From a virus (Duplodnaviria; Caudoviricetes): a DNA stretch of 24,754 nucleotides. Each line of letters starts with the position of its first letter. Positions within the stretch are counted from its first letter, which is position 1. Shown one piece after another: positions 1-9,400 of the stretch. The notes under the pieces are model-generated. The model was not told the origin of the DNA. It saw nothing but the letters and a program-made list of their open reading frames with translations, and made no database searches. Location: positions 1 through 24,754 of IMG/VR virus record IMGVR_UViG_3300027744_000114; one strand, 5' to 3'. Position numbers and translations under genes: made by a program.

Positions 1-1459
1 CTGAGGAGCCAAAGCGGACTCGCCTGACGTAGAAAGGAGCAAATGCAGGGTGGATTCCAGGAGTCACGCCAGGAAGGAGTGAAAGCGTTCCAGAAGGCTG
101 AACCGTGGTTAGACGAACGGACTCAGGCCATCCACGCTCAGCGGAGTACTGCTTATCGAATTCCTGCAAGTATTCGTATGCTGGTGAAAGCCATGAGACT
201 TGCTCATCGGAGCACTGGAGCACTCCGGTAACGGATTGACCAAGCCGAGCGTTCTTGCTGACGATATTCGTCGTCTTCTCGTAGGGGTAAGCCATTCTTG
301 TGATTTGCTTTTGAGTTTTATATAGCAAGCGTGAGATTTCATTAAATTGTTCCAATGACTCAACGTTCGGCAAGAAAATCGTAGCCAAGTTGCATGACTC
401 TCCATCGCCAAGCCCAATTTCAGCGCATGGATTGAATCCTTCAATTGAATTGTCGGCCTTGACTTCACCGAGTCTCCCGAACTTGCGAGCAAGACGACGG
501 TTCAGTAAGCCATAAGGCTCGCCGGTTCCGTCATAACCCTTCCAAAGTTCGGTCATGATTTCTTCGTAGTAGTCGGCGTAAATGGAGTTATTTGAGTTTG
601 CTCTCCATGCGGGGATGCTTCCTGATGCCCAGTTCTTGGCACGAATGAAAAGAACATCGTCTGGGTCACCCATGGCAATCTGTGCGGAACGACGAGACGA
701 ACCAGAAACAACGATGCGACCAATGATATTACAGATGTCAAGAACGTCAATTGAACGGAGCTTCTTGCCTTCACGATTTTGCATCACCTTGCAAATGTCT
801 GCAATTCCATCGATGAGTGCTCCAGGACCAGATGCGGTACCACCGAACGTTTTTAACGGTGCACCATATTCGCGAATAAGAATCGTTGAGTAAGAGAAAG
901 ACTTGCCTGTGTCGAAATATGACTTCAACACCGAATGAAGAAGTCGCTTCCATCCTTGACGTGAGTCAGGGACAATGATGTCTGCGTCATTACTGCGTTC
1001 GTGCGTAATCGTTACACCTGGTTTGACCTTTGGAAGGTCGTGAATCTTGGAACGCTCCACAGAGAAACCAACGCCTCCACCGAGCATTAAGTATTCAAAC
1101 AACAATTCGAAGTCTTCAATCTTTTCGATGTTAGTGAAGTAGCAGTTATTTAACGATGCTGCATTTAGTTTTTGGACCAGCGGGGTACCAAGCTGCCAAA
1201 GCGAACGGCCGGAGAAAGAACAGCGGAGGTTAAAGCAATGGTCGAATAATGCCTCTGCTTCTTCCTTGGTGTATTCAACCCCAATCTCCATTGCGCCATT
1301 AACAACACGTTGAAGGGTTTCTGACCAAGTTTCATTATTCCCATCGTTTTTCTTGCGGCTATAGGTGCGAAGAAAAACTATCTCTCCCATACCATTGAAT
1401 CCCCACGGAGCCTGTTTTTGGGAGTATGAGTCAACGAATGATTGGTCAAGAGAAGTCAT
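1..1459 (-). CDS. nrdJ: Adenosylcobalamin-dependent (class II, monomeric RTPR-type) ribonucleotide reductase, 3'-truncated by the window edge
   Basis: Manual translation from ATG at 1459: MTSLDQSFVDSYSQKQAPWGFNGMGEIVFLRTYSR...ETWSETLQRVVNG...SGRSLWQLG...SLNNC...LMLGGGVGFSV...VPDSRQGW...FGGTASGP...VVSGSSRRSAQI...WRANSNNS...GEPYG...EGFNPCAEI (catalytic N-x-C-x-E, nt 433-419)...ESCNL...TTVQPSGTLS. The frame stays open to position 2. AGGA SD upstream. Absent from the ORF track because there is no stop in the window. Confidence 0.93.
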   Translation of the reverse strand, partial: MTSLDQSFVDSYSQKQAPWGFNGMGEIVFLRTYSRKKNDGNNETWSETLQRVVNGAMEIGVEYTKEEAEALFDHCFNLRCSFSGRSLWQLGTPLVQKLNAASLNNCYFTNIEKIEDFELLFEYLMLGGGVGFSVERSKIHDLPKVKPGVTITHERSNDADIIVPDSRQGWKRLLHSVLKSYFDTGKSFSYSTILIREYGAPLKTFGGTASGPGALIDGIADICKVMQNREGKKLRSIDVLDICNIIGRIVVSGSSRRSAQIAMGDPDDVLFIRAKNWASGSIPAWRANSNNSIYADYYEEIMTELWKGYDGTGEPYGLLNRRLARKFGRLGEVKADNSIEGFNPCAEIGLGDGESCNLATIFLPNVESLEQFNEISRLLYKTQKQITRMAYPYEKTTNIVSKNARLGQSVTGVLQCSDEQVSWLSPAYEYLQEFDKQYSAERGWPESVRLTTVQPSGTLSLLPGVTPGIHPAFAPFYVRRVRFGSS

Positions 1460-1544
1460 GATTTTTCCTATTGTGTTAGTGATTTGAGTAGGTGTCGAGT
1501 TTAGCCCAATAGAGAATACTGAAAGGGTCTAAAATCGTTGTGAT

Positions 1545-1874
1545 TTATTTTATTAAGTTTCTTTTCTCTGCTTCTAGGTACGGTATCTGTTTTCCTTTTT
1601 TGTAAACCAGAACTTTACCCTTTAGGAAACTATTTATCTGCGTTTCGTCATAAATATCTTCTTCAACTGTAAACATTAATTTTTCTTTTAGGGATTCGTT
1701 GTCTCCGTACCCTGTTATCCGTCCGGGAGATGTTGCTTCCCCAACGCAATCACCAGTTGGGTGGCCACAGACAGGGCAGGGCATCCTGTTCGCTCCAGTA
1801 GTAGTTACATTATCAAACAATCTTCCGCCACCACCAACAGAGAAAGATTCACTTTCATAGAATGGGCGGCTCAT
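1545..1874 (-). CDS. Hypothetical protein with CPVCGHPTGDC putative metal-binding motif
   Basis: 109-aa ORF, co-oriented with nrdJ; TATAAT lies 6 nt before the ATG (leaderless). Confidence 0.75.
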   Translation of the reverse strand: MSRPFYESESFSVGGGGRLFDNVTTTGANRMPCPVCGHPTGDCVGEATSPGRITGYGDNESLKEKLMFTVEEDIYDETQINSFLKGKVLVYKKGKQIPYLEAEKRNLIK

Positions 1875-1880
1875 TTACTA

Positions 1881-1886
1881 ATTATA
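1881..1886 (-). promoter_or_regulatory. -10 element (TATAAT) of a leaderless promoter
   Basis: TATAAT-N6-ATG(1874). Confidence 0.65.
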
Positions 1887-1891
1887 TCTGA

Positions 1892-2536
1892 TTAAAATTC
1901 TTGAAGATGAAATCCGTTTGACTTAATCAAAATTCTTAATTCGTCGTATGATTCTGGCGGTAGGTCGTCTACCATTTTTTCCGAAAGTGCCCTTTTAAGC
2001 ATTGTTGGAAATTTTGGATTTCTCAAATGCTCATCTGGACCCTGTGGATAAACAATCATTTCGCCCCACTCGACGCCTCTTCCAAGTGTGTATTTATAGG
2101 GGACTGCCACCATTGTTAAATCGATTTTTCCTCCAGATTTTGCAGGCTCTTCGTTGGATACGTGGGTTACGGTTACGCACTCACCGACAACTCCATTTGG
2201 GTCCAAAAATACTGTGGATAACTCCTTATTTTTGGTTTTTTTCTGATTTGACGAGTAATAGCCCTCGGCAACCATGGATATCGAGGTAGTCCACCAATAC
2301 CTCCTTAAAACCGAGCATAATTGAGCGCATTTCTCTAATCTGGCCTCTATTGGCCATTTCATCAGTTCGCTTCGCATTTGGCATACTATGGCCAGTTCTC
2401 CGCCTACCCACCCAAAGAAGTTCATGGTGAGGTCTTCACCAATACCCTCATCCTTGACCGCTGTTGACTTTGCTAGTTGGGCAGCCGTCACGCAGAGGGC
2501 TATTTTACTGAATTCGTCGTCGTAGTTTCCATCCAC
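1892..2536 (-). CDS. Hypothetical phage protein
   Basis: 214-aa ORF with GTG start preceded by TAATCT-N6 (2548-2543); packs against the next gene. Confidence 0.75.
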   Translation of the reverse strand: MDGNYDDEFSKIALCVTAAQLAKSTAVKDEGIGEDLTMNFFGWVGGELAIVCQMRSELMKWPIEARLEKCAQLCSVLRRYWWTTSISMVAEGYYSSNQKKTKNKELSTVFLDPNGVVGECVTVTHVSNEEPAKSGGKIDLTMVAVPYKYTLGRGVEWGEMIVYPQGPDEHLRNPKFPTMLKRALSEKMVDDLPPESYDELRILIKSNGFHLQEF

Positions 2537-2614
2537 TGGGTCAGATTAGTACGAATTTACCGAAATAAAGGTAGGTTCCCCTACGAGGCAATTCGGGGTA
2601 CTAGAGTTGTTGGC

Positions 2615-2848
2615 ATGACAGCAAAAAAGACACCAGCAAAGAAGACACCAGCGAAGAAGAAGACGGCAAAAAAGGCAGCCCCAAAGAAGGCTGCTCCAAA
2701 GCCTAAGACATTTGTCGATTCGCAGAAATTCGTGACAGACGTACTTGCCGAAAATTCGGAAAAAGTTATCGCACAGATTCCGGACACAATCGACGTTCGT
2801 GCTGGAAAAAATTGGCTGAAGAAGTTCTTTAGTAAACTCCAGAAGTAG
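2615..2848 (+). CDS. Small Lys/Ala/Pro-rich histone H1/HupB-tail-like DNA-binding protein (77 aa)
   Basis: MTAKKTPAKKTPAKKKTAKKAAPKKAAPKPK...; TAGAGT (2602-2607) lies 7 nt before ATG 2615, so the start is probably 2615 rather than 2477. Confidence 0.7.
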   Translation: MTAKKTPAKKTPAKKKTAKKAAPKKAAPKPKTFVDSQKFVTDVLAENSEKVIAQIPDTIDVRAGKNWLKKFFSKLQK

Positions 2849-2874
2849 TTTCCCGCTACACAGCGGAGTAACTG

Positions 2875-3288
2875 GTGACAACCGAACGACGGCGTGCGCC
2901 TAGACGACAAGTAGTCGAAATAAGCCGAGAAGGCGCCTGGGGTAAAGTTAAATACAAACACGTCCTTGAGTGTGGACACACCGAGATACGTGCACGCGCC
3001 GCGTCAACAAGCCACCTTGCATGTGCGTGGTGCTCGCGAGCAGAAGAAAAAAACAAAGAAATCAAAGCCCTCTCAGCTGGAGCAGCAATAAAGTATCGCG
3101 ATTCCGATGAGAGATATATCTCCAATGAAATATCCATTAGTAAAACACGGGCATCGTTGTCGGCAAAGTTTGGCGTCCCTCTTGAGTCTATAGACGTAGC
3201 CGTAAATGATGTTAACGGAATTTTTCAGATTCAATACGCTCTGGTATTCCTTTCTTCCTCCGATGTGGATAGGATTTGCGAAACTTAA
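2875..3288 (+). CDS. Hypothetical protein with a putative Zn-ribbon (ECGH...CAWC)
   Basis: 137-aa ORF, GGAG SD before GTG; first gene of a tightly packed + strand block. Confidence 0.75.
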   Translation: MTTERRRAPRRQVVEISREGAWGKVKYKHVLECGHTEIRARAASTSHLACAWCSRAEEKNKEIKALSAGAAIKYRDSDERYISNEISISKTRASLSAKFGVPLESIDVAVNDVNGIFQIQYALVFLSSSDVDRICET

Positions 3289-3309
3289 CAACTCATATCT
3301 GGGGGGGTA

Positions 3310-3675
3310 ATGGTAACGCTAGCACCATCGGGAGGAAATTGTGCTGGGGAAGACACAACCATGTGGTTCCCAGTTATTGAATTCGGATTGAATCGCGAAG
3401 GGAAAAAAAATCTTCGTCAATCGATAGACAAAGCAATCGCTATTTGCAAAGATTGCTCAGTTAAGCGTGAATGCCTTGACTACTCATTAGAGAATGAACC
3501 ATGGGGGATATGGGGTGGGTTGAACGAACTACAGCGAGCCGAATTGAGAAAAAAACGTGGAGTGACTCTTGTGCGTGAGGGCAAAATATACATACCTGGA
3601 GTGGGCTCACGCTCGGCAGACGGACGCTCATTACCTAAGGTGTCCATGTTGCCAGGGGAGTTCATGTCGGAATGA
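3310..3675 (+). CDS. whiB: WhiB-family Fe-S transcription factor
   Basis: C...WFP...AIAICKDCSVKRECLDYSL.NE.WGIWGG: four conserved Cys plus the G(I/V)WGG turn. Confidence 0.92.
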   Translation: MVTLAPSGGNCAGEDTTMWFPVIEFGLNREGKKNLRQSIDKAIAICKDCSVKRECLDYSLENEPWGIWGGLNELQRAELRKKRGVTLVREGKIYIPGVGSRSADGRSLPKVSMLPGEFMSE

Positions 3676-5423
3676 GTAATCCAGGACAAGTGGCAATCAC
3701 ATTTCTTAGTCGCCTAACTGGCGTTAAGCAAACTGGTTCTGGGTGGATGGCTAGATGTCCGTGCAGAAGTGACGATATGAATCCCTCCCTTTCTGTAGCC
3801 GAAGGTGATGATGGGAGGGTGCTGGTTAACTGCCATAGAGGCAACGGGTGTGATGTAAATAAAATTTGCGCATCTGTTGGCATGACCGTTGCAGAACTAA
3901 TGCCACCGAGAGAAGAGTCATACAAGAAAAAAGACGTATTGACAAAAGTGGCGGTTTATGACTTCACCGATGAACACGGCCACCTTTTATTTCAAAAAGT
4001 TCGTTACGTAAATCAAGATGGAATTAAAACTTTTCGTCAGAGAAAACCAGATGGCAATAATGGATGGACTTACTCCCTTGGAGATACACCTAAAGTCCTC
4101 TACAATCTTCCGGCCGTACTGCGAGCAAAGCAAGAAGGTGAACCGATTTGGGTGGTCGAGGGTGAGAAAGACGCCGACACACTAATTGATTTAGGCATAT
4201 GCGCCACAACGATGCCCGGTGGAGCGGGAAAATGGCTGGATATACATACAGCCGCACTCGCTGGTGCTGTTGTTGAAATTGTCGCTGACAACGATGGCCC
4301 TGGAAAAAATCACGCCTTAAAGGTTTTGAATGAATTAACCAATGCGTCCTGTTCTGTGCAGGCTTGGATTTGTCCAGAGAAAAAAGACATCACGGACCAT
4401 TTGTCTTCTGGTGGAAAAATCGAACAGCTTTTACCGTTCGAGGACGTTGGCGAAAGCGAACAGGTCGAAGATAGGGAAGCACCAAATGAACAGGTGTCTG
4501 AACATGAACCAGAGGTTGGATTAAAAGAGCTGGCAATCGCTAGGGCTTCAGAGATAATCACCAGAGATGACCTGAGTGCTCAGCAGAAGTTGTCGAAACT
4601 GTCCCTGGTTTTATCTGCTGCCATAGTTGCAAATCCAGTAGACCCAGGAAGACTTATACAGTGGAATGATTTTATAGCGGAATCAAGCAACGATAATTAT
4701 GATTGGGTCATACCTGGTTTACTAGAAAAGGGAGAGCGTGTAATAGTTGTGGCAGCCGAAGGCGTGGGAAAGACAATGCTTGCACGTCAAATTGCGCTTT
4801 GTTCCGCAGCTGGGTTACACCCATTCACCTTTCAACCAATAAGGCCAGTCGTAACCCTGACGGTGGACCTTGAAAACCCTGAGAGAATTATTAGAAGAAT
4901 GTCCACATCTATAGTGAATAACGCAATGGCTAAATCCGGAGTGAAGTCAATTCAGGGGCACATCCTGACCAAGCCAGCAGGCATGGATTTATTAAAAGCA
5001 CAGGACCGACTGGTATTGGAGGAGGCAATCGAAAAGATAAAGCCGGACATATTGGTTCTCGGACCTCTATATAAGTCTTTTGTGGACCCTGGTGGACGAA
5101 CATCCGAAGCAATAGCAGTCGAGATAGCAAAGTACCTAGATACCCTCAGGGTCGTTTATGGGTGCGCCTTATGGCTCGAGCATCACGCACCACTCGGTAC
5201 GACAATGTCAACCCGCGATTTGCGACCATTTGGTTCCGCAGTTTGGTCAAGATGGCCGGAGTTTGGAATATCATTACAACCAGACCCAACAGCGGTTACG
5301 CCATTTGTCTATGATGTGAGACATTTTAGAGGGGCCCGAGACGAACGACCATGGCCCCTGAAGATAACAAGAGGAAAACGCTTCCCCTTCGAGGTGCTGG
5401 AATACAATAAGATTAGTACATGA
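3672..5423 (+). CDS. DNA primase-helicase (N-terminal Zn finger, TOPRIM domain, C-terminal RecA-like/AAA_25 helicase)
   Basis: CPCRSD..PSLSV...NCHRGNGC Zn finger; VVEGEKDA and ADND TOPRIM motifs; AAEGVGKT Walker A; VDLEN; LEHH; GSAVWSRW; ATGA overlap with whiB. Confidence 0.9.
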   Translation: MSNPGQVAITFLSRLTGVKQTGSGWMARCPCRSDDMNPSLSVAEGDDGRVLVNCHRGNGCDVNKICASVGMTVAELMPPREESYKKKDVLTKVAVYDFTDEHGHLLFQKVRYVNQDGIKTFRQRKPDGNNGWTYSLGDTPKVLYNLPAVLRAKQEGEPIWVVEGEKDADTLIDLGICATTMPGGAGKWLDIHTAALAGAVVEIVADNDGPGKNHALKVLNELTNASCSVQAWICPEKKDITDHLSSGGKIEQLLPFEDVGESEQVEDREAPNEQVSEHEPEVGLKELAIARASEIITRDDLSAQQKLSKLSLVLSAAIVANPVDPGRLIQWNDFIAESSNDNYDWVIPGLLEKGERVIVVAAEGVGKTMLARQIALCSAAGLHPFTFQPIRPVVTLTVDLENPERIIRRMSTSIVNNAMAKSGVKSIQGHILTKPAGMDLLKAQDRLVLEEAIEKIKPDILVLGPLYKSFVDPGGRTSEAIAVEIAKYLDTLRVVYGCALWLEHHAPLGTTMSTRDLRPFGSAVWSRWPEFGISLQPDPTAVTPFVYDVRHFRGARDERPWPLKITRGKRFPFEVLEYNKIST

Positions 5424-6064
5424 GCGAAGAAAAGAGTAAAAGCGTTTCTACGCGTGAGTTCTTAAGCGAGAGAGACTTGCGCATATTCAAGCTTCGACAG
5501 GCGGGCACGTCAACCGCGGAAATCGCAAGAAGATTTGGCATAACCACGAACGTTGTATCCAAGGCGATTCAAAGACAACTTCAAAAAATGAATAGCGAAA
5601 CCCTGCTTGCATATCCAGAGGTTCTTCGCATGGAGCTCGAAAGGCTCGACAATCTCCAGCAGGCAATCTGGCCCATGACCCAACATAGACGACAGGTTAT
5701 GGATGACGGAACGGAAATGCAAATAGAACCCGACCTAAAAGCAATCCAGCAGGTACTCGGGATAATGGATAGACGAACCAAACTGCTAGGAATGGACCAA
5801 GCAAACATAAATGTACAAATGGACGTACGTGGAGCAGCAACCGAGACTTTGAAAGCAACCCTTTCTGGTGGGAAATTAGCAGAACTATCTGCGGACAGAT
5901 TTGACCCAGAGGGCGAGGCTAGGCAACTTTTGCAATTAATGGGAATGTCTGGCGTGTTGCCGGCGGACATGGTTGCACAAATGCTGGGAGACAAAGACCA
6001 CGACATAGTTGACGCTGAATTAATAGCCCCCGAAGGAGAAGACGATGGATTCAACAATGACTAG
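5420..6064 (+). CDS. Helix-turn-helix DNA-binding protein, possibly terminase small subunit-like
   Basis: LSERDLRIFKLRQAGTSTAEIARRFGIT HTH; ELERLDNLQ...DLKAIQQVLGIMDRRTKLLGMD resembles actinophage HTH/small-terminase-like proteins (pattern recognition only). Confidence 0.6.
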   Translation: MSEEKSKSVSTREFLSERDLRIFKLRQAGTSTAEIARRFGITTNVVSKAIQRQLQKMNSETLLAYPEVLRMELERLDNLQQAIWPMTQHRRQVMDDGTEMQIEPDLKAIQQVLGIMDRRTKLLGMDQANINVQMDVRGAATETLKATLSGGKLAELSADRFDPEGEARQLLQLMGMSGVLPADMVAQMLGDKDHDIVDAELIAPEGEDDGFNND

Positions 6065-6443
6065 TAGAAAAAAGAAAGTGGGGCAAGTTATTTCTAACGT
6101 ACAACCTCCGGAACCCGAAACCTTAATCGACAATTCGAATATTGCTGCCGCAGTAGAGAGGGTTGCGAGTAACATGACAAACATGTCGGTTAAGCCAATT
6201 GCTGACAAGAACGACGACGGACCTTCTGACTGCCAGGTCCTCATTAGAACAATGAGCGGGTCGAGAGATAGATGGAAATTGGCAGCCGAAAAATCAGGGC
6301 AAACACTTTCTTCCTGGATTAGGGAAACCCTTAACAGAGCATCCGACGAATCTCTTGACTGTCAACATCCGATAGCGGAACAGAGATTTTACCCATGGGC
6401 TCATGTGTGCACCAAATGCGGGTACAGATTTAAAAAGGTGTAA
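6045..6443 (+). CDS. Putative ribbon-helix-helix DNA-binding protein with C-terminal Zn knuckle
   Basis: QVLIR...RDRWKLAAEKSGQTLSSWIRETLN (RHH-like); CQH...CTKCG; AAGGAG SD at 6033-6038. Confidence 0.6.
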   Translation: MDSTMTSRKKKVGQVISNVQPPEPETLIDNSNIAAAVERVASNMTNMSVKPIADKNDDGPSDCQVLIRTMSGSRDRWKLAAEKSGQTLSSWIRETLNRASDESLDCQHPIAEQRFYPWAHVCTKCGYRFKKV

Positions 6444-6466
6444 CTTTCTAGGCGCCGATAGGCATC

Positions 6467-6472
6467 TACAAT
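6467..6472 (+). promoter_or_regulatory. -10 element (TACAAT) of a leaderless promoter for the giant gene
   Basis: TACAAT-N6-ATG(6479). Confidence 0.6.
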
Positions 6473-6478
6473 GGTTTA

Positions 6479-9400
6479 ATGCCACAGCCCGAGGAAATAC
6501 CATTCAGCGAGTCTGCGCGCAATAAGAGGCGACAATTTCAAACCAAGGGCCTTGGTTCCCGTCTTGGCAGGGCGCTATCAAGCCGAGCGATAGATAGACC
6601 CCGTATTGGAAAGCGGAAACGCAGTATAAGGGGTACTGATATTGACCTGCCTACAGGTGGCATTCGTGGAAGCAAGAAACCAACCGGCACCAACATCGAT
6701 GTTGACAGAGATGGATGGGTCGATGAAGGGACGAGACGCCCAAGATGGGTGGGTTTATCTTCCGGAAAACCAGAAGAAGTGGTCCGTACACGCATAGACA
6801 AATCAAGACCAATAATAAAAATCAATAAACCCGAAGAAAAAATAGATAAATCACGTGCTCATAAATTAAAAAACTATAAGTACGGCGATGAGAGCGTTCT
6901 CGGGGGAAAAATATCAATTAGACAAGGACCAGATTGGCTAAAAGGTCTCACAAACGAACAAATATCAAGCCTTCTTGTCCCAGACTCAATTGAAACACAA
7001 TACAAGATGTGGCTCGACAACTACGGTGCAGGCTCGTTGATAAAAGGCTCTGAAGAAGAAGTTAAATTTAGAAAATGGTTCGATAATGCAATCGAAGCAA
7101 ATGAATATAACAAATTTGACTACTCCCCAGAGTCCAGAGCGGCAACACGTAAAGCAGTAGAGGCAGCACTAGAAGATTCACCGTTGTTTTCTTGGGCGGT
7201 TAGGAATTATGGGTCTCCAGTATTCGGTGTTGTCACCCCAAAGGGTCGTGACGAATACGTGGCTCGCCCGCAATACAAAGCTCTGATTGCAAAATTCGCA
7301 AATTCTTCTGTTGATAAAGACAAGCAAATATTTCCAAAAGCAATGGCATCGCTAGACCTAAATATGGTTTCATTTTTCCCGAATTACGTTGTTGACCGCA
7401 AAACACACGACATAGATGGTCCTGTTCCAATGAACATGAATCCATTGCACGTTCCATCTCGCGATGATGCAGTAATGAACAGGTCACTAGCTGGGACGGT
7501 TGTCCATGAGTGGGCGCACTGGCTGCATCAGATGGCGCTAAGGGACTCCGAAAGAATGGGCGTAAAAAGCGAACGTAAATACTTCGGGAACAACACTAAC
7601 GAAAGATATGTTGCCGCTCTAAAGGTAGCGGCTGAATACTCCGACACATCAAAAGACTTTCTCAAACTACACGAAGACAGAGTCTCGTTTGATGACTCAC
7701 CAAATGTCCCAAGAACCGTAACCTCGTACGGACACGCCAATATGAGGGAGGCGATGGCCGAGGGGATGGTTGCTTATATGCATCCAAATCAAGATTTGAA
7801 AAATTTCGCCATTAATAATAAATTAAGAAAAGATGTAGAGACTCTTCTCGGAGGCAAGGATGGAACTGGACCTTGGTCCAAGGAGATAGACAAGCAGACT
7901 TCACTCGGAAGTGGAAGACGAGAAAGAAGAAGTAACCCAAAGGGAATTCGCCTTGAAAAAACTATTCCTGGAGAAAACCGCAGAAACTCCCTCTCCTCTG
8001 GAGCTGAGGAAAAAATAGAATTTGAGAGTGTCCAAAAGTCGGTGGAAGATTTACTTGATTTAACGGCAACATATTTTGATATTCCCGATGATACGGAAGG
8101 ACCTCTTGATGTTCGCGCCAGAGAGCGGGCGAACACACGGGTGTTTAGGCAAACGAAAGATTCCGGTGTTCCGGATGAGCCGATAACACCTGATGAATGG
8201 TTCAGCATGGACGTAATGGAAGTCCGCCGAGTATCCATGGATGCCCTTGACTTAAACGGTCAACCGACGGGTGAGAAAATTAACGTAATAATGCATTCCC
8301 CGAGAATGCACGAAATAGAGGAGAGAGCAAGAGAGATAGGCGAATCAGTCCACCAGGAAGTATTGGCGAGACTTGAAAAAATTCTTCCGGAGGGAATCGT
8401 AAGGCCAAGTGACGTGGATGCAGCCAGGGCAAAATTAAAGGAAGAATTAGATGCTCTGGAATTGGTCGACGAAATCGAAACAAAACTTAGACAAACAGCA
8501 GACCAGTTAGTGGAAGAAGCCCTAAATATAATAACGAAATCCGACGGTAGGGACCAGACTCTAGTAGGTAGCAGATACTGGAATTTCCTAAATGTAGACA
8601 CAGCGAATCTTGCCGGCTCTGGGCAAGCAAGAATGATGACACCAGAAGTCGTTGAGGAAATTACCTTGATGAAAAATGCGCACATTCAAAGAGAAGAAAT
8701 AGTAAACAAAACTTTAAGAAATATTGATGAATTAATTAAGCTTGGATTCTTGGTGGAGGCTACTGACGACGGCGATAGACAAAACGGACGTAGGGTTTTT
8801 GTTCCAAAATCCACAATGAATGGTGAGTTATTGATGGGTGAGGCGGCAGCAATTGTCATTCACGACGTTATCCCGACAAACCAACCCAAAAATGCAGGGA
8901 TGATGTACATAATTAATAAACCAAAGAGCGACCCCTCATCCAGGCGGTCAACCCCATGGAGAGACATACCCGAAGACTCGGGAGACTCAATCCATATATC
9001 GGAAATAATTAACCAAATAACTTCGGTAGCGGTTTCTCCTCAAGAGAGAGAAATGCTCATGGGCAAATTCGATGGACGACGTTTGGGCGGCCTAGCCGTA
9101 CCTTCGGCGATACCGGACGAGTTGAATCAAAAAATGTATGCAGCAGAATATGGCAGAAGAAGAGCCAAATTATTAAGTCTCATGACGCGTGCCGCTGGGG
9201 CGCCAGAGATGCGGACCGCAGAAGAGGTGGTGGCGCGTGTTTATGAAAAGTCGGATTTGCGGGAGAAACGTCGAAAGGTACTTGTTCCCTACAGAATGGC
9301 GTACAGGGATGTGCTTCTGGATGTCATTAATGAATTACTGGAAGATGATGATTCTAAAAAACCAGACCTAATGACCGCAACCGGCGGAATGGGGGCGGAA

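Noticed and set aside
43-953. Several short ORFs in the track (43-231, 109-492, 553-774, 582-893, 771-953)
   Set aside because: Shadow frames of the long minus-strand nrdJ reading frame, which has all the expected catalytic motifs.
1-1459. Intein or intron in nrdJ
   Set aside because: The visible part is compact and colinear with RNR motifs; no splice-junction motifs or homing endonuclease insert seen.
1460-1544. Possible cobalamin riboswitch or NrdR box upstream of nrdJ
   Set aside because: Only 85 nt of intergenic space, with no B12-box or NrdR palindrome recognisable; just a weak hairpin and a possible TAAACT -10.
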